Position numbers and translations under genes: made by a program. A DNA stretch of 34,503 bases from positions 1 through 34,503 of the forward strand of contig CAZCRK010000012.1 of the NCBI GenBank assembly GCA_964501035.1. The letters run 5' to 3'. Below are positions 1-9,232 of this stretch, piece after piece (within the stretch, counting starts at the first letter, position 1; each line of letters starts with the position of its first letter). Below the pieces are notes generated by a model. It was not told the origin of the DNA. It searched no databases and saw only the letters and a program-made list of their open reading frames with translations.

Positions 1-75
1 GCTCCGGTACCTGGACTCGAACCAGGGACACGTGGATTAACAGTCCACTGCTCTAACCAACTGAGCTATACCGGA
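1..75 (-). tRNA. tRNA-Asn (anticodon GTT), 3' end at the window edge
   Basis: Reverse complement reads TCCGGTA TAGCTCAGTTGGTTAGAGC AGTGGA CT GTT AA TCCAC GTGT CCCTGG TTCGAGT CCAGG TACCGGA G C. This is a full cloverleaf with a TTCGA T-loop, GTT anticodon and G discriminator. Confidence 0.97.
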
Positions 76-158
76 ATAAACTATGCTCTAAACAAGCCTA
101 AAAATTTAGGGCAAGTTTATTAAATAGATGAAATATTATTTTAAAGAATTTTATTTTT

Positions 159-2246
159 TTAATCACCACTTCTTGATGATTCATATTCAGCTATTACTTT
201 TTGAGCCTCATTATGAGGCATGTCCTCATAATGTGAAAAGTCTTGAGTAAACATTCCTCGTCCACTTGTCATTGATTTTAATGCTGTAGAATAATCATGT
301 AAGTTAGCAAGTGGTACTTCAGCATTAATTATTTGGAAATGACCATCAGAATCCATACCAGAAACTTTACCTCTACGTTGAGATACGTCACCCATAATAT
401 CACCCATCATTTCATCGGGTACTTTTACCTGAATTTTATAAATTGGTTCAAGTAATTTGGGTTTTGCTATTTTAAATGCATCTGTAAATGCATGTTTTCC
501 AGCAATTTGAAATGCCATATCATTCGAATCAACAGGATGCATTTTTCCATCGTAAAAATCAATTTTTAAATCAACTACTTTACACCCGGCTAAAATTCCA
601 TCAATGCATAAACTATCAATCCCTTTTTCAACAGAAGGCACAAACCCTCTATCAACATTTTGCCCAACCAAAGAATGTTTAAAATCAATACCTGAACCAC
701 GAGTTCCAGGTTCAATACGTAACCAAACCTCTGCAAACTGTCCTGAACCACCTGATTGTTTCTTATGACGATATTTAGCATCAGAATTTGTAGTAATCGT
801 TTCACGATATGGTACTCTCGGAGTTTCTTTATTCATTTCAACATTAAATCTATCTTTAATTCGTTCTAGTACGGTTTCTAAATGAAGTTCACCCTGACCA
901 GAAATAATAGTTTGTTTGAGTTCAGGATCAACTCGATATTGAAAAGTGGGGTCCTCTTCATGCATTGTAGATAACCCTATTGCTATTTTTTCTTCTTCAC
1001 CGCGAGCTTTTGGTAAAACTGCAATATGCATATTTGGTTTTGGGTATTTAATTTTTGGAAGAATAATTGGACTTTTAGCTGAAGCCATTGTGTCACCTGT
1101 ATGTGTGTTTTTTAACTTCAATGCCGCGCCAATATCTCCAGCAATTAATCTAGAAGCATCTTTTCTGTTTTTCCCATTCATGTAATATACTTGTCGCATT
1201 TTTTCAGATTGATTTCGGGATGTGTTTTGCACATCGTCCCCTGTGTTTACTGCACCAGAATAGACTCTGAAAAATGATAATTCACCCACATGTTCTTCAC
1301 TGATTGTTTTAAACACAACCGCAGATAGATGATCATCAACAGAAGCACCATGATGAATTTCTTCGTCAGAATCAGGTTTAGTGCCATATACTTCTTTGAA
1401 ATCTCCCGCACAAGGGGCGTATCGAGCTAAAATATCCATTACACGTTTTACACCAATATTTTTCTCTCCAGAAGTACAAAATACTGGAATAAGATTTCGT
1501 GACTGAAACGCTGCATGAAGTCCACTACGAAGTTCATCTTCAGTTAACTCACCAGCATCAAAAAACTTTTCGAGAAGTGTATCATCAGATTCTGCAATTA
1601 GTTCAATTAATTCTTCATGTAAAGAGTCAAGTTTTTCTCCCCATTCACCATCAGCTTTTGCTTCAGAATAATCACCAGAACCATCTGTCTTAAAAGTATA
1701 AATTTCTTTTCGTAAGACATCTGCAGTTTGATTAAATCCTTCACCTTCATTTACAGGAATCATAAATGGGAAAACGGTTCTTCCATACCGTTCTTGTAAT
1801 GATGCCAATACTGTATCAAATTTTGATTGATCTCTATCCGCTAAATTCACAATGATTAATCGAGGGATTGCATCTTCTTTTGCATAATCCCATATGAGTT
1901 CTGTTCCAACCTCTATACCTTCTGTTGCATTTACAACTACAGCTGCAAAGTCAGCTACACGTAAAGACGACTTTACTTCGCCATGAAAATCAAGATATCC
2001 CGGTGCATCTAATACATTAAACTTTTTTTCTAACCATTCAAAATTAAGTAATGATAACGAAATGGAATGTTGATGTTCTATTTCATTTTTTCTATAATCA
2101 GAAACTGTAGTTCCTTCACTAATGTTACCACGTTTATGGATTACACCAGCATTCAGTAACATAGATTCTGCTAAAGATGTTTTCCCAGACGCTGAGTGGC
2201 CCACTAAAGCAAGATTGATAACATTTTTTGTTGTATATTCTTTCAT
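159..2246 (-). CDS. fusA2: Elongation factor G paralog (EF-G2 type)
   Basis: 695 aa with EF-G architecture: G1 GHSASGKT, G3 DAPGY, domain IV KKQSGGSGQFA and HPVDS, C-terminal LLEPI and SMTSGRG. G2 and G4 are degenerate, the gene is not in an rpsL-rpsG-tuf context, and an AAAGGA SD lies upstream. Confidence 0.92.
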   Translation of the reverse strand: MKEYTTKNVINLALVGHSASGKTSLAESMLLNAGVIHKRGNISEGTTVSDYRKNEIEHQHSISLSLLNFEWLEKKFNVLDAPGYLDFHGEVKSSLRVADFAAVVVNATEGIEVGTELIWDYAKEDAIPRLIIVNLADRDQSKFDTVLASLQERYGRTVFPFMIPVNEGEGFNQTADVLRKEIYTFKTDGSGDYSEAKADGEWGEKLDSLHEELIELIAESDDTLLEKFFDAGELTEDELRSGLHAAFQSRNLIPVFCTSGEKNIGVKRVMDILARYAPCAGDFKEVYGTKPDSDEEIHHGASVDDHLSAVVFKTISEEHVGELSFFRVYSGAVNTGDDVQNTSRNQSEKMRQVYYMNGKNRKDASRLIAGDIGAALKLKNTHTGDTMASAKSPIILPKIKYPKPNMHIAVLPKARGEEEKIAIGLSTMHEEDPTFQYRVDPELKQTIISGQGELHLETVLERIKDRFNVEMNKETPRVPYRETITTNSDAKYRHKKQSGGSGQFAEVWLRIEPGTRGSGIDFKHSLVGQNVDRGFVPSVEKGIDSLCIDGILAGCKVVDLKIDFYDGKMHPVDSNDMAFQIAGKHAFTDAFKIAKPKLLEPIYKIQVKVPDEMMGDIMGDVSQRRGKVSGMDSDGHFQIINAEVPLANLHDYSTALKSMTSGRGMFTQDFSHYEDMPHNEAQKVIAEYESSRSGD

Positions 2247-2265
2247 TATATATCCTTTCTAAAAT

Positions 2266-2297
2266 ATAAAATCCGACATAATACTGCCGGATTTTAT
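2266..2297 (-). terminator. Terminator/attenuator-like hairpin in the fusA2 leader
   Basis: Minus-strand RNA AUAAAAUCCGGCA-GUAUUA-UGUCGGAUUUUAU forms a 13-bp stem with one G-U pair. It is followed by AUUUU and then the fusA2 SD. Confidence 0.55.
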
Positions 2298-2318
2298 TCC
2301 AAATTTCACAATGTAGTA

Positions 2319-2362
2319 CCCAATTCCCTGGAAGGAATTGGGCTGTAATATCTGCCCAATTC
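2319..2362 (-). promoter_or_regulatory. Mutually exclusive hairpins upstream of fusA2
   Basis: GGAATTGGGC (2334-2343) is complementary both to CCCAATTCC (2319-2327) and to GCCCAATTC (2354-2362). Confidence 0.4.
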
Positions 2363-2446
2363 TGTAATAACAATTTTTTTCATCTGCACAATTCCCTATT
2401 CAAAAGGGGTTGTAAAGTAAGTGTAAAACTGGCAACTAAACAAGAC

Positions 2447-2719
2447 CTAATTGTCCTTAAACAATGTGGTTTCTTTTTCTTTCTCAATCATTTCTCTTAA
2501 TACAGGTTTAACGTATATCGAGTCTAGTTTTAAATTGGAAAATGCCTCCACCAAACATTTGACTCTATGCTCCATCGGTTTATTTTTATTGACTACAATA
2601 ACAGACTCATTTTCTAAAATACAATACCCACCTTTAAAATTACCTTTACCTTGAACAATTCGAATGCTCATTTCTTCTGCTAACTTTTCAAACTCTGAAA
2701 ATAAATGGGCAGGTTTCAC
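2447..2719 (-). CDS. Conserved hypothetical protein (90 aa)
   Basis: GTG start overlaps the manC stop (GTGA). The motif GNFKGGYCIL..VIVVNK resembles small FCB-group hypothetical proteins. Confidence 0.75.
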   Translation of the reverse strand: MKPAHLFSEFEKLAEEMSIRIVQGKGNFKGGYCILENESVIVVNKNKPMEHRVKCLVEAFSNLKLDSIYVKPVLREMIEKEKETTLFKDN

Positions 2720-3780
2720 AGATATTCATCTTTATTCATAGACTCAAGCATTTTAACAACATCCTTAACACCTTCAGACATTGATAAAGGAACTACTAAT
2801 GTTGCATCATCTAGATTAATGACTGCCATGTTTTCAACTCCAACTACTGCAGTGAGACGATAAGGACTAATTACTAAGTTATTAGACGAAGAAATTGAAA
2901 GTACATCACCATCAATTACATTCTTTTTTCCAGAACTTAAAATATCAAAAAGTGCTTTCCATGAACCCAAATCATTCCATTCAAAATTGGCCTTGATGGT
3001 ATGCACATTTTTGGCTTTTTCAAGAATTCCATAATCAATACTTTCTGGTTGTATCAACTCCCATTCTCTGTCAAGCACAATATCGTATTTATCGGTTCCT
3101 AATGCATCATAAATTGCATCCAAGGAATCATGTAATTCACACATGAAGGTTTTCATTTCAAGCAAAATTAATTTGGCTTGCCAAATGAACATGCCAGAAT
3201 TCCAAAGAAACTCACCACTTTTAATAAATTTTTCAGCTGTCTCTAAATGAGGTTTTTCAGCAAATGTTTTTACCTTAAACACATTTTCAGAAATTCCATT
3301 TTTGGTTCCATCAAATTGAATGTATCCATATCCCGTCGAAGGGAACGAAGGTTGCACACCCAATGTCATAAGAACAGCATTGTTTTTTGCCGTTTCTTCC
3401 GCTTCCTTTAATGCAGAAAAATATTCACTCTCACCTTGAATTAAATGATCAGCTGGATACACCCCCATAACAGCATTTTGATCACGATGGTACACATGCA
3501 ATGCTGCCAATCCTATTGCAGGTGCTGTATTTTTACCGCTTGGTTCAACAATATAATTTTGTTTAGGAATTTCTTTGATTTCAGTTTGTATCAGTTTGCA
3601 TAATTGGTTAGATGCAACTATTAAAATTTGCTCTGGATTGGATATTTTCATTAATCGTTTAACTGTTAATCCAATCATGGTATCTTCACCCAAAATGTTA
3701 AGCAATTGCTTGGGTTTGTTTTTTCTACTTTTTGGCCAAAAGCGTGAACCACTTCCTCCAGCTAAAATTACATGGTACAT
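2716..3780 (-). CDS. manC: Mannose-1-phosphate guanylyltransferase
   Basis: Motifs VILAGGSGSRFWPKSR..PKQLL, EPSGKNTAPAI, PADH, TGYGYI, FAEKP, WNSGMF, SIDYGILEK and WNDLGSW. No C-terminal PMI cupin. Confidence 0.93.
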   Translation of the reverse strand: MYHVILAGGSGSRFWPKSRKNKPKQLLNILGEDTMIGLTVKRLMKISNPEQILIVASNQLCKLIQTEIKEIPKQNYIVEPSGKNTAPAIGLAALHVYHRDQNAVMGVYPADHLIQGESEYFSALKEAEETAKNNAVLMTLGVQPSFPSTGYGYIQFDGTKNGISENVFKVKTFAEKPHLETAEKFIKSGEFLWNSGMFIWQAKLILLEMKTFMCELHDSLDAIYDALGTDKYDIVLDREWELIQPESIDYGILEKAKNVHTIKANFEWNDLGSWKALFDILSSGKKNVIDGDVLSISSSNNLVISPYRLTAVVGVENMAVINLDDATLVVPLSMSEGVKDVVKMLESMNKDEYL

Positions 3781-5325
3781 TTATTTTTCCTCAATATTAT
3801 TTAAATATTTTATATCAATTCCTTCAATATCCCAACGAGCTCTTACTTCCACTTTATCCGGATAAAAAACAAATTTTGAAGCTCTTTTATAGGGTTCTAA
3901 AGTTCCTGGGAAATAAGCATTATGGTGTAATTCATTTAGCTTTTCATATGCCCATAGGGTATAGAACCCAGATGGTAAATTTTCTAATCTGAATGTTCCA
4001 TTTTTTACAGTTGAGAAATAAGAAACTTTGGTTAAATCGTTAATTGCTTCAATGCCAATTTTAACCTGAGTATCAAAATCAACTGAACCTAGAATGTTCC
4101 CACCAATGCTTGATTCAACTGAAGAAATATTGTGAGATATAGGAATGTTTATGGTTGAATCTGGAAAGAAATTTGAATAATAATCAGAAAATGTGTTTGG
4201 TAAAATTTCTACACTTGTAATCGAATCTGGAAGATGACTTATGAATACTTGTAGGGGAGTATTTTCCATTAATGAAAATTGATATGCATTTGAATCAACA
4301 AAACCAAAAACGTGTTGATTTTCAATTATTATAGGTTCATTAAATTCTAAAACGAATTCACTACTGTTTGTATAAGAAGAGGAAATCACTGGTGAAAGGG
4401 TGTCAACAATTTCAGGCATTATAAATTGAAATGGTTTAGTTGTGTATGTTTCAACACTATTTTCTAGAGTCTTTGTAATTGCAACGGAATCCCCAACCAT
4501 ATAGGGGGTGCTATTATGTGATACTAAAATAGTTTGGAGTTGTGTGCCATCATTTAACTCTGCAATTCCAAAACTTTGATTTATCAATTCTATAGATTGA
4601 ATTTGTTTATGTTCGATTGGATAATGAAGAAACATTTTGATAGGAGGTAGTTCTTGGTTCTCAATCACTTGAATACTATCCATCATCATCATTGAATACC
4701 GAAATTGTCTTATATTTTCAAGTGGATTATCAAGATTACCTTCTACCCCAAGAATAAAATAATTACCCGGAGTTAAAAAGTCAAATGAGAAATTTCCAAA
4801 TTTTGAGCTTTCTGTTTTACGCACCAATTGGATTGAATCTTGAATGGGATATTGAAACAACCCCACTAGGGACACCTTATTAGAATCGATATTTACAATT
4901 GATCCTGAAATTGAGCCAGTAGGAATAGTTTGTCCCGTTGAAAATATAAATTGAGATGGTGATTGCATTGTATTGCCTTGGTAATCTCTAATATTTCTAG
5001 AAATATCAATTCTGATTACAGATTGATTTTCCCATTCTTCTTCAGGGATAATAATAATTTTTTTACTTCTAATTTTCACACGATAGGTTTGGTTCTCTAT
5101 CATAACAGAAGACGGAATAGAAACTGGATCAACCATTTCATTAAAATAAATAGTAATTGGAGTATCTTTTTCTATGTGGAGTGATTTATTTTCAGGTTCA
5201 ATTTTAGTAATTATAGGTCCTTCTTTGTCTTCGGGGCCACCTGATGCAGTTCCTTGAGCTGCACACGAAAAGAAGAAAAGAACACATAATATTAGTAAGA
5301 AGTTGGATTTAATATGCGAAATCAT
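3781..5325 (-). CDS. Lipoprotein with bacterial Ig-like (Big_5) domain
   Basis: Lipobox FFSC followed by AAQGTASGGPEDKEGP, ITIYFNEMVD, IRDYQGN, FSTG and C-terminal VRARWDIE. This is a typical FCB Ig-like lipoprotein family. Its stop abuts the manC ATG. Confidence 0.8.
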   Translation of the reverse strand: MISHIKSNFLLILCVLFFFSCAAQGTASGGPEDKEGPIITKIEPENKSLHIEKDTPITIYFNEMVDPVSIPSSVMIENQTYRVKIRSKKIIIIPEEEWENQSVIRIDISRNIRDYQGNTMQSPSQFIFSTGQTIPTGSISGSIVNIDSNKVSLVGLFQYPIQDSIQLVRKTESSKFGNFSFDFLTPGNYFILGVEGNLDNPLENIRQFRYSMMMMDSIQVIENQELPPIKMFLHYPIEHKQIQSIELINQSFGIAELNDGTQLQTILVSHNSTPYMVGDSVAITKTLENSVETYTTKPFQFIMPEIVDTLSPVISSSYTNSSEFVLEFNEPIIIENQHVFGFVDSNAYQFSLMENTPLQVFISHLPDSITSVEILPNTFSDYYSNFFPDSTINIPISHNISSVESSIGGNILGSVDFDTQVKIGIEAINDLTKVSYFSTVKNGTFRLENLPSGFYTLWAYEKLNELHHNAYFPGTLEPYKRASKFVFYPDKVEVRARWDIEGIDIKYLNNIEEK

Positions 5326-5406
5326 ATCACAAAATTTCGGAATATTTGCAGGGTTTCACAAGGATTTGTTTTTTTGAATTTATTTCAAATTCATAGCATT
5401 ATTTCT

Positions 5407-5434
5407 TTGCAAATTGATTATTTCACACTAAATT
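5407..5434 (+). promoter_or_regulatory. Putative sigma70 promoter of yqgE (possibly leaderless mRNA)
   Basis: TTGCAA-N16-TAAATT ends 5 nt before the ATG at 5440, and no SD is visible. Confidence 0.4.
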
Positions 5435-5439
5435 GAAAC

Positions 5440-5991
5440 ATGGGACAAAGCTTTAAAAATCACTTCCTTATATCTATGCCGCATTTGTTGGATCCTGTTT
5501 TCAAACATACAATTTTACTCTTATGTAACCATGATGCAGATGGCGCAATGGGAGTTATAATTAATAAACCGATTCCATCTGCAAATGTGGAAGAAATTCT
5601 ACAAGAAACTGGGTTGGTTAATATAAATCCACATCCAGAAGTTTATTTTGGTGGACCGGTAAGTGTAAGTACGGGTATGATTTTACACGATTCAAATTAT
5701 AATTCTGAAAACTCACTTCATATTTCAAGCCAAATCAATATTACTTCAAACGAACAGGTAATTGAAGATATTAAATCTGGGAATGGCCCTCAAAAATTTA
5801 GGTTTGCACTTGGTTATGCTGGTTGGGGGGCAGGGCAACTTGAACGGGAAATTGAAAATGGTGATTGGTTAATGATGCCAGCAGATTTTGATTTTATTTT
5901 TAATACACCTGATAGAATTAAATGGTCGTCATCTGCTCAACAATTTGGAATCAATATCTCAGATTTTTCTGGCCCAACTGGCTTGGCCTAA
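5440..5991 (+). CDS. yqgE: YqgE/AlgH family protein (UPF0301)
   Basis: Motifs FLISMP..DPVF, GAMGVIINKP, YFGGPV and LGYAGWGAGQLERE..W. Confidence 0.93.
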   Translation: MGQSFKNHFLISMPHLLDPVFKHTILLLCNHDADGAMGVIINKPIPSANVEEILQETGLVNINPHPEVYFGGPVSVSTGMILHDSNYNSENSLHISSQINITSNEQVIEDIKSGNGPQKFRFALGYAGWGAGQLEREIENGDWLMMPADFDFIFNTPDRIKWSSSAQQFGINISDFSGPTGLA

Positions 5992-6672
5992 TCATAATAA
6001 TCCTGAATCTGCAAAACTTGTAACTTCATCTCCAGCAATGATAAAATGATCGTGTACAGTAACGTCAATGTTTGCACATGCTTGTTGTAATTTTTTTGTG
6101 ATTTTAATATCGTCCTGTGATGGATTTGGATTTCCGGATGGGTGATTGTGAACAAAAATTACGGCAGCGGAATCTTTTTCTATGATGAGTTTTATGACTT
6201 CTCTTGGGTAAACTGCAGAGGTTGTTAATGTTCCTTCAAATAAGGTTTCCATACTTTGAATTTGGTTTCGTCCATTTAGTAAAATGATTTTGAATACTTC
6301 TCTATTGCATCCTGAAAGTTCATGTTTTAAATATCGTAACACATCTGGTGAGGATGAAATAAAATCTGCATCAATTACCTTTTCTTTAAGATACCTATTT
6401 GCAGTGGATTGAATAAGTTTGAGTCCAAAAATGTTTGACTGACCGATTCCATCTATATCTAATAACTGTTTTGGAGAAGCTTCCAAAACCCCACGCAAAT
6501 TTTTAAACTTTTTGAGTAATCGTTTTGCAGTAGGTTTTTGATCTCGTCGATGGTCTGCTAATTTTAGAAGTAATTCAATCACTTCATAATCAAGAAAACC
6601 ATCTAATCCATTATGGAGAAATCGTTGTCGCAGTCGAGCGTAATGGCCAATCTTTGTATTTTGTTTTTGCAT
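5992..6672 (-). CDS. radC: RadC family JAB-domain protein
   Basis: N-terminal GHYARLRQRF..DYEVIELLL, HhH-like IDGIG, then VYPREV, HNHPSGNPNPSQDD and HDHFII. Confidence 0.93.
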   Translation of the reverse strand: MQKQNTKIGHYARLRQRFLHNGLDGFLDYEVIELLLKLADHRRDQKPTAKRLLKKFKNLRGVLEASPKQLLDIDGIGQSNIFGLKLIQSTANRYLKEKVIDADFISSSPDVLRYLKHELSGCNREVFKIILLNGRNQIQSMETLFEGTLTTSAVYPREVIKLIIEKDSAAVIFVHNHPSGNPNPSQDDIKITKKLQQACANIDVTVHDHFIIAGDEVTSFADSGLL

Positions 6673-6739
6673 GGAACACCCTATTTATTAATCGATAGAA
6701 AATAGGATGCTTGGCTAATATAAAAAAAGATTTAAATCT

Positions 6740-8731
6740 TTAACGAATCCACTTTAGAGGAGAATCAGGTGTTTCATGATTACCTTTTGAAACATTGTTT
6801 CCATGATTGAAAACTAAATATCCATATTTACCGTAGTGGGGTACTTTCCGAGCAAGGGGTGTAAGTTCGCCTGCTCGTTTTGAATATATCATTAATCCGG
6901 GATGCCCATTTTCATGTTCAAATGCCCATACAACACTATGTTCATAGGCATCAAACGAGTTTCCATATATTTCTAACGAGCCATTGACTTTAATGTTTTT
7001 TAAACTTTTTGGAACAACACCTAAATATATGATTGGAGCATCTGGGACTTGTGAGTTTGGTGTAATAATTTGCGGATTATTTGATTCATTTATATAACCA
7101 TTAAATGATTCCACTAATTTATTCCATTCTTCATTTTTTTCTGGAATTACAAAATTAAAACTAGATTCACTCAACAACTGTCTAATGGTCATATCCAATT
7201 CTTCAGGATGAAGTTTTCGCATTAAGTGATAATCTGGATCAACTGAAATTTCATTAACTCCATCTGTATTGACAAAAGTTGATTCTGTGTTTGAAAATAA
7301 AGTACTCGTGAATGTACTGCCATTGCTTTGTGAGACTGTTATAGGTATCCACATAGGTTTAACATTTTCAGATTGTACCACAAACAAAGAATCATTTGAT
7401 TCTGTTAAACGTATCAAGGGTACGCCAGGTTGGTTTACCCATGCTTCTTGGAATAATGATAAATCTTGTTTACTTATATTTTCAAATGCATATATAAAAT
7501 CAGACCAGGTGCCATGTCCCCATTGTTCATTTTCTATTACAGTTTGCAATGCTTTGATAAATGCATCATGTCCAATATGTTCTTCAATCATGTGGAAAAT
7601 CATAGCAACTTTTCCGTACCCAATCGAGCGAGTTGCCATATCTGTTCTACTTCTGAATTCAGCTGGAGCAAAATCATTGGATTCATTCACATACACAGAA
7701 AAATCTTTCAAAATATCTTTCCTATATTGCTTACCTAAAACTGGACTACGTTTTAGTTTATACAGATAATCTGCTTGGTATGTTGTTAATCCTTCACACC
7801 AATTACCACCATCACCCACATTTACTGAATTGCCCCACCAATTATGGAGTACTTCATGTCCTAGTGATGTAAAAACAATAAAGGGTAAATGAATTACAGA
7901 CCGTCCTAGAACGGTATATGATGGCATTCCATATCCTGTTGGAAAGAAGTTTTCGACAACTGCAAATTTAGAGAATGGGTATGGAGATAACATTTCAGAA
8001 TACATATCAACATATTCCATGCTTTTTTGAAGATAGTCTGTAGCCAATAAAGAATCTTCTGGAAAAAAATATGTATAAAATTCTACTCCATTATGAATTT
8101 GATTTTGTACATCCCATTTTGCAGCTGTAATAAAAATACCTTCAACAGGGTGTTCTGTTTTAAACTTAGTTGTTCTAATCGGAACTTCTTTTGAATTTAA
8201 TATTTTTCCTTCAGATACTGCTGACCACCCTTGGGGTAAATCTACATGTGTTGTAAAATGAACTAATGTTTCATCTGCCATAGGGTAATATCCTGCACTT
8301 GGAGAAAGAAACACACCTTCTTCAGAAATAGTTGCATTTATCTCCATGGCTATTTTTTCACGACTAAAACTTGCACTTTGTGTATCCTGGTTAAGTATTC
8401 CTGAGTATTTTAACTCCATTGTAGCATGTTTTTTATCAAACCATCCACGTTTAACAGAATATTTTACAAATCCTTCTCCAAAATCTTCATCAGAATTAGA
8501 TGTTGAAAATGTTTTTTCCTTTCCGTTGATTTGAAGTGATTCGATTTTTAACAATTCAGTTAAATGAAAATCCCACATTTTTGAATCAGTTTCAATTTTA
8601 AACAAATCTTCTACTGAAATGGAATGATTAGTCGGATCTATTTTAAACAAAATATCATGTTGGTTGATTTTACTATCTGCAAAAATCAAGGAGGTTAAAA
8701 CAAAAAACAATAATGAAGTAATTTTAGCCAT
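6740..8731 (-). CDS. Secreted M1-family (gluzincin) aminopeptidase
   Basis: Signal peptide, GYGMPSY exopeptidase-type motif, HEVLHNWWG followed by NWCEGL (third zinc ligand), YGKVAMIFHM and WVNQPGVP. Confidence 0.88.
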   Translation of the reverse strand: MAKITSLLFFVLTSLIFADSKINQHDILFKIDPTNHSISVEDLFKIETDSKMWDFHLTELLKIESLQINGKEKTFSTSNSDEDFGEGFVKYSVKRGWFDKKHATMELKYSGILNQDTQSASFSREKIAMEINATISEEGVFLSPSAGYYPMADETLVHFTTHVDLPQGWSAVSEGKILNSKEVPIRTTKFKTEHPVEGIFITAAKWDVQNQIHNGVEFYTYFFPEDSLLATDYLQKSMEYVDMYSEMLSPYPFSKFAVVENFFPTGYGMPSYTVLGRSVIHLPFIVFTSLGHEVLHNWWGNSVNVGDGGNWCEGLTTYQADYLYKLKRSPVLGKQYRKDILKDFSVYVNESNDFAPAEFRSRTDMATRSIGYGKVAMIFHMIEEHIGHDAFIKALQTVIENEQWGHGTWSDFIYAFENISKQDLSLFQEAWVNQPGVPLIRLTESNDSLFVVQSENVKPMWIPITVSQSNGSTFTSTLFSNTESTFVNTDGVNEISVDPDYHLMRKLHPEELDMTIRQLLSESSFNFVIPEKNEEWNKLVESFNGYINESNNPQIITPNSQVPDAPIIYLGVVPKSLKNIKVNGSLEIYGNSFDAYEHSVVWAFEHENGHPGLMIYSKRAGELTPLARKVPHYGKYGYLVFNHGNNVSKGNHETPDSPLKWIR

Positions 8732-8732
8732 T

Positions 8733-9224
8733 TTAATATCCTAAAACATCATTCCAATTATCAATTACACTTTGTAATCTCGCATCAACTTTCATCTCAC
8801 CATCAACAGTTATAGATTCAATTACATCACCTTGAACAATGCTGTTTACAATTTTTTGCCCATCATTATCGGTTGCACCAAACACGGTATGCTTATTATC
8901 TAGCCATGGTGTTTCAATATGTGTAATAAAAAACTGACTTCCATTTGTGCCAGGTCCAGCATTTGCCATAGATAAAATTCCGGGTTTATCATGCTTTAAG
9001 TCAGGGTGAAATTCATCCGAAAAATTATATCCTGGTCCACCAGTACCAGTTCCTAAAGGGCAACCACCTTGAATCATAAAATCATCTATTACTCTATGGA
9101 ATTTTAATCCATCATAATATCCATTTTTTGCTAAGTTTGTAAAATTTGCTACAGTAATGGGTGTTTTATCATCATACAATTCTATTTTGATGTTCCCCTT
9201 GTTTGTTTTAATTGTTGCTTTCAT
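8733..9224 (-). CDS. Cyclophilin-type peptidyl-prolyl cis-trans isomerase
   Basis: Motifs [32 protein letters not shown] and [10 protein letters not shown]. No signal peptide. Confidence 0.96.
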   Translation of the reverse strand: MKATIKTNKGNIKIELYDDKTPITVANFTNLAKNGYYDGLKFHRVIDDFMIQGGCPLGTGTGGPGYNFSDEFHPDLKHDKPGILSMANAGPGTNGSQFFITHIETPWLDNKHTVFGATDNDGQKIVNSIVQGDVIESITVDGEMKVDARLQSVIDNWNDVLGY

Positions 9225-9232
9225 TTCGTCCT

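Noticed and set aside
2134..2373. 79-aa ORF as a leader peptide for fusA2
   Set aside because: It has a non-ATG start and no clear SD, overlaps fusA2 out of frame, runs through the hairpins and shows no recognisable features.
2319..2415. CRISPR-like or REP repeat array (CAATTC copies)
   Set aside because: The repeats are 9 bp or shorter, irregularly spaced and partly inverted, and no cas genes are present.
5992..6672. radC as a marker of a mobile element or defence island
   Set aside because: It is the full-length chromosomal type with N-terminal HhH region, in a housekeeping context with no mobility genes.
7269..7769. Antisense and alternate-frame ORFs from the track (this one, 946-1185, 13730-14098, 20253-20618, 24287-24649 and others)
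   Set aside because: They are shadows of well-supported genes, with no motifs or RBS.
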